Origin: a virus
Taxonomy: Duplodnaviria; Caudoviricetes
Virus record (IMG/VR): IMGVR_UViG_3300005805_000292
Location: 1 to 31,656 of that record
Direction: 5' to 3' (one strand)
DNA length: 31,656 nt
Position numbers and translations under genes: made by a program. The notes under the pieces were generated by a model. The model was not told where the DNA came from, made no database searches, and saw nothing but the letters and a program-made list of their open reading frames with translations. This document shows, in pieces, positions 28,065-31,656 of this stretch. Within the stretch, counting starts at the first letter, position 1. Each line of letters begins with the position of its first letter.

Positions 28065-29489
28065 ATGTTCCAATCAGAGCATCTGCAGGAAAAGTGGGCA
28101 CCTGTCCTCAACTATGAGGGTCTTGATTCAATCAAAGATTCTCATCGTAGAGCAGTAACCGCAGTCCTGCTAGAAAACCAAGAGAAATTCCTTAGAGAAG
28201 AGCATTCATTTGCTCAGTCTGGTTCATTCCTCGCAGAAACATCACCAACCAACTCAGCTGGAACCGGTGGTTTCGGTGGTAGTGCAACTGCTGGTGGTCC
28301 TGTTGCAGGTTTCGATCCAGTTCTGATTTCACTCATCCGTCGTTCAATGCCAAACCTGGTCGCATATGACCTGGCTGGCGTTCAACCAATGAGTGGTCCT
28401 ACTGGACTTATTTTTGCAATGCGTTCGCGCTATGCAAATCAGAGTGGTACTGAAGCATTCTTCAATGAAGCAGATACCGCATGGTCTGGTCAGAATAATA
28501 GCCGTAACCTTTCAGCAGGTTTCTCTGATGCTAAGGTCGGTTTCGGTACTACTTCACAGACTGGCACCAACCCTTCAGTTCTAAACCCAGTTGGAACTGC
28601 AACTACAGAACCCTCACCATATAACGTTGGTCAGGGAATGTCAACCGGCAATGCTGAAGCACTTGGCGATGCTGCTGGTAACTACTTCAACGAGATGGCT
28701 TTCTCAATCGAGAAGGTCACTGTTACTGCTAAGAGCCGCGCTCTGAAGGCAGAGTACAGCCTTGAGCTTGCTCAGGACCTGAAGGCAATCCACGGTCTGA
28801 ATGCTGAAGCAGAACTCGCAAACATTCTCTCAACTGAGATTCTTGCTGAGATCAACCGCGAAGTTATCAGAACCATCTACAAGGTTGCTGAGCAGGGTGC
28901 AGTACAAAACGTTGCAACCCCAGGTATCTTCGACCTAGACGTTGATTCAAACGGTCGTTGGTCAGTTGAGAAGTTCAAGGGTCTTCTGTTCCAGATTGAG
29001 CGTGATGCTAACGCAATCGCTCAGAGAACTCGTCGTGGAAAGGGCAACATCATCCTCTGCTCAGCGGACGTTGCTTCAGCTCTAACCATGGCTGGTGTTC
29101 TTGATTACACCCCAGCACTCAACGCTAACCTCAACGTTGATGACACTGGTAACACCTTTGCTGGTGTTCTGCAAGGTAAGTATCGTGTTTATATCGATCC
29201 TTATTCTGCAAACCTCACCTCCAGCAATGGTACTCCAGGTAACCAGTACTATGTTGTTGGTTACAAGGGTTCCAGCCCATATGATGCTGGTCTGTTCTAT
29301 TGCCCATACGTTCCTCTCCAAATGGTTCGTGCTGTTGGCGAAGAGACCTTCCAGCCCAAGATTGGATTCAAGACTCGTTATGGTCTTGTTGCTAACCCAT
29401 TCGCGGAAGGAACCAATCAGGCACTTGGAGCTCTCAACCTTAACGCAAACCGTTACTACCGTCGCGTCGCGGTCAAAAATCTCATGTAA
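28065..29489 (+). CDS. g23: Major capsid protein gp23
   Basis: LQEKWAPVL, GVQPMSGPTGLIFAMR, KSRALKAEYSLELAQDLKAIHGL, QPKIGFKTRYG. Confidence 0.98.
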   Translation: MFQSEHLQEKWAPVLNYEGLDSIKDSHRRAVTAVLLENQEKFLREEHSFAQSGSFLAETSPTNSAGTGGFGGSATAGGPVAGFDPVLISLIRRSMPNLVAYDLAGVQPMSGPTGLIFAMRSRYANQSGTEAFFNEADTAWSGQNNSRNLSAGFSDAKVGFGTTSQTGTNPSVLNPVGTATTEPSPYNVGQGMSTGNAEALGDAAGNYFNEMAFSIEKVTVTAKSRALKAEYSLELAQDLKAIHGLNAEAELANILSTEILAEINREVIRTIYKVAEQGAVQNVATPGIFDLDVDSNGRWSVEKFKGLLFQIERDANAIAQRTRRGKGNIILCSADVASALTMAGVLDYTPALNANLNVDDTGNTFAGVLQGKYRVYIDPYSANLTSSNGTPGNQYYVVGYKGSSPYDAGLFYCPYVPLQMVRAVGEETFQPKIGFKTRYGLVANPFAEGTNQALGALNLNANRYYRRVAVKNLM

Positions 29490-29509
29490 ATCTCACATGA
29501 GATTACTTG

Positions 29510-29537
29510 GAGGACCTCAAAAAGGTCCTCTTTTTTT
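29510..29537 (+). terminator. Rho-independent terminator after g23
   Basis: GAGGACCT-caaaa-AGGTCCTC 8-bp stem followed by T7. Confidence 0.9.
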
Positions 29538-29544
29538 ATAAATA
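29537..29544 (+). promoter_or_regulatory. Late promoter TATAAATA overlapping the terminator T-tract
   Basis: Exact consensus 23 nt upstream of ATG 29568. Confidence 0.72.
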
Positions 29545-29567
29545 TTACAGTTAAAAACTTCCGTGAT

Positions 29568-30044
29568 ATGTTTTATATTTACAAATCAACTAATAAAATC
29601 AATAATAAATTTTATGTTGGTAGATGTAAAGGTCCTATTGAAAATAGAGAATATAAACATTGGTGGTATGCTACCAATAAAAATACCAATGCACCGTTTC
29701 CAAATGCTTTGCGTAAATATGGGCGAGATAATTTTATATGGGAAATTATAGAAGAAACTAATGAGAATAATAATGGAGAAAGAGAAATTTATTGGATAGA
29801 TAAATTAAAACCACATTATAATGCAACTTTAGGTGGGGATGGAGGAACTCTCGGTCGCTTATGCCCAGAGCACGTTAAAGAAGCAACAAGACAATCAAGA
29901 ATTGTACCAGTTAGAGATAGAAAAACTGGAAAGGTTTATTCTTCTATGAAAGAAGCAAGAACGGATACTGGAGTGTTAGAAAGTAGCATAAGTAGATCTA
30001 TAAAATATAATAGACCTTCTAGTAGATGGGAAAGAGTTATCTAA
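29568..30044 (+). CDS. Free-standing GIY-YIG (Seg-like) homing endonuclease
   Basis: FYIYKSTNKINNKFYVG, conserved Arg (ENR), EREIYWI, YNATLGGDG and a C-terminal NUMOD1/IENR1-like HTH (GKVYSSMKEARTDTGVLESSISRSI). Confidence 0.9.
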   Translation: MFYIYKSTNKINNKFYVGRCKGPIENREYKHWWYATNKNTNAPFPNALRKYGRDNFIWEIIEETNENNNGEREIYWIDKLKPHYNATLGGDGGTLGRLCPEHVKEATRQSRIVPVRDRKTGKVYSSMKEARTDTGVLESSISRSIKYNRPSSRWERVI

Positions 30045-30058
30045 ATATTTAAAAAAAG

Positions 30059-30613
30059 ATGGCAAGAAATAGTCAGATAGAAAATAGAAATTTTTTATCA
30101 CCAACTGGATTTAAATTTACATTAACAAGAACTCCGAAGGTATCATTCTTTTGCAACCAAGCAAATATTCCAGATTTAAGTTTAGGTATCGCTAATCAAC
30201 CAACATACCTAAAGGATATTGATATTCCTGGAGATAAAATTGTTTTTGGAGATTTGAACTTAAGATTTTTAGTTGATGAAAATCTAGAGAATTATATGGA
30301 AATTCAAAACTGGATAAGAGGTCTTGGATATCCAGAAAAACTTTCTCAGTTCTCAGATTTGGATAAACAAGGATTAATTGATGATTTTTATTATGCTCAA
30401 AGAGGAGCAAATATTTACTCAGATGGAACTCTTCAAATTCTGTCTAGTTCTCTAGTTCCAAAGTTCCAAGTTAATTTTAGAGATTTATTTCCATATTCAT
30501 TATCAACAGTAACTTTTGATGCTACAGATACTGACATTCAATACTTTACAGCAGACGTAAGTTTCAAGTATACTATCTACAGTATAACTGATCTTAGCGG
30601 CAATCCCTTATGA
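30059..30613 (+). CDS. g3: Tail tube terminator/tail completion protein gp3
   Basis: NFLSPTGFKF, FFCNQANIPD, LRFLVDENLENYMEIQNW; usual position between g23 and uvsY in cyanophages. Confidence 0.85.
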   Translation: MARNSQIENRNFLSPTGFKFTLTRTPKVSFFCNQANIPDLSLGIANQPTYLKDIDIPGDKIVFGDLNLRFLVDENLENYMEIQNWIRGLGYPEKLSQFSDLDKQGLIDDFYYAQRGANIYSDGTLQILSSSLVPKFQVNFRDLFPYSLSTVTFDATDTDIQYFTADVSFKYTIYSITDLSGNPL

Positions 30614-31047
30614 GTATTGATCTTGATAAAATTCAAGAAATGTGGGAAAAGGATTCTAAAATAGATATGGACAATCTACATACAGAATCAACAAATATTC
30701 CAGTTCTTCACGCAAAATATTTTGATTTATATAATACAATATTCTTACTTAGAAAAAAAGCAGAGCAACAAAGAAGAAATATACGTCACGAAAGATACGA
30801 GTACTATTCCGGAAAAGCAGATCCTGATATCTACATAGAAAATCCTTTTCCTAAAAAAATTCGTGATAAAGATACAATGCAAAAGTATCTTGATGCCGAC
30901 GAAAAACTTTCAACTGTCTGTTTGAAAATTGATTACTATGATACAATGCTCGCTTATATTGAAAGTATTTTGAAGATGATTCAGAATAGAACTTATCAAA
31001 TTAAAAATGCTATAGAATTTATGAGATTTAACTCTGGACTGGGGTAA
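30610..31047 (+). CDS. uvsY: Recombination mediator UvsY
   Basis: IPVLHAKY, EYYSGKA, YLDADEKL, NRTYQIKNAIEF. Confidence 0.92.
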   Translation: MSIDLDKIQEMWEKDSKIDMDNLHTESTNIPVLHAKYFDLYNTIFLLRKKAEQQRRNIRHERYEYYSGKADPDIYIENPFPKKIRDKDTMQKYLDADEKLSTVCLKIDYYDTMLAYIESILKMIQNRTYQIKNAIEFMRFNSGLG

Positions 31048-31054
31048 ATAAATA
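31045..31054 (+). promoter_or_regulatory. Late promoter TAAATAAATA upstream of uvsW
   Basis: Box overlaps the uvsY stop; T4 uvsW is late-expressed. Confidence 0.6.
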
Positions 31055-31075
31055 CTCCTAGATGTATGGATAAAT

Positions 31076-31656
31076 GTGATTGATACTACAGCAAATCTTG
31101 TTATATCAAAATCCAACGAAGTATTTTTAAAGATTAATACTGAACCTCATATTGAATATGAACTTAGAGATCACTTTAAGTTTGAGGTTCCCAATGCAAA
31201 GTTTATGCCCCAGTACCGTGGAAGGAATTGGAATGGGGAAATTCATTTGTATGATATGAGATCAAAGCAGATCTATGTTGGTCTGTTAGATAAGATCGTA
31301 TCCTTCTGTAAGCAATATGGATACACTTATAAGTTTGAAGATAATAAATTCTATGGCACCCCATATGAGGAGAATGAACAAATCTCTTATGAAGGTGTCA
31401 AGGATTACATGCATTCCATTTGTGCCCATACTCCCAGGAAATATCAAATTGAGGGAGTATATGGTGCCCTAAAGCATAATAGAAAACTATTGATAAGCCC
31501 CACTGCGAGCGGCAAATCACTGATGATTTATTCTCTCGTAAGATATTATGTGGATAGAGGCGAAAAAATTCTTTTAGTTGTTCCGACGACATCTCTTGTA
31601 GAGCAGATGTACAAGGATTTCCTTGATTATGGTTGGGATGCTGATTCATATTGCCA
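31076..31656 (+). CDS. uvsW: SF2 helicase UvsW, N-terminal part (truncated; not in ORF track)
   Basis: From GTG 31076: ...FKFEVPNAKFMPQYRGRNWNGEIHL...PRKYQIEG...SPTASGKS (Walker A)...LVVPTTSLVEQM; open to the window end. Confidence 0.93.
   Translation, partial: MIDTTANLVISKSNEVFLKINTEPHIEYELRDHFKFEVPNAKFMPQYRGRNWNGEIHLYDMRSKQIYVGLLDKIVSFCKQYGYTYKFEDNKFYGTPYEENEQISYEGVKDYMHSICAHTPRKYQIEGVYGALKHNRKLLISPTASGKSLMIYSLVRYYVDRGEKILLVVPTTSLVEQMYKDFLDYGWDADSYC

Noticed and set aside
29095-29541. 148-aa alternative-frame ORF overlapping g23
   Set aside because: It lies within the capsid gene, runs through the terminator, and is explained by g23 codon bias.
29539-29581. Possible hairpin over the GIY-YIG start codon
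   Set aside because: Only short, bulged AT-rich pairing, much weaker than the 20-bp stem at 16834.
1264-31649. Numerous minus-strand ORFs in the track (e.g. 6555-7013, 12833-13243, 22937-23332, 26430-26864)
   Set aside because: They are antisense shadows of conserved + strand genes, with no recognisable motifs or independent expression signals.
1-31656. tRNA, CRISPR array, diversity-generating retroelement or alternative genetic code
   Set aside because: No cloverleaf, repeat-spacer array or reverse transcriptase was seen, and genes read intact with the standard code using all three stop codons.

Overview
This window is the virion morphogenesis module of a T4-like myovirus. Gene order and protein types match T4-like cyanophages (Kyanoviridae-like); the host is inferred, since no photosynthesis gene lies in the window. 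All supported genes are on the + strand: g7 (partial), g8, a VrlC-like 2683-aa protein, small virion ORFs, g13-g16, an accessory block, g17-g20, a g67-like ORF, accessory head-region ORFs, g21-g23, a GIY-YIG endonuclease, g3, uvsY and uvsW (partial). Many (T/A)TAAATA late-promoter boxes sit at gene boundaries. The strongest candidate for an undescribed system is a 585-aa modular protein between g16 and g17. It is built from short cationic, often Cys-paired modules separated by Glu-rich linkers that resemble gp21 prohead-protease sites. Two small ORFs begin with T4-like capsid-targeting sequences, and one of them is a paralog of one module, which suggests a protease-matured cargo of head-packaged peptides. 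There are also two free-standing homing endonucleases; one has a perfect 20-bp hairpin covering its RBS and start codon, with a late promoter in the loop.
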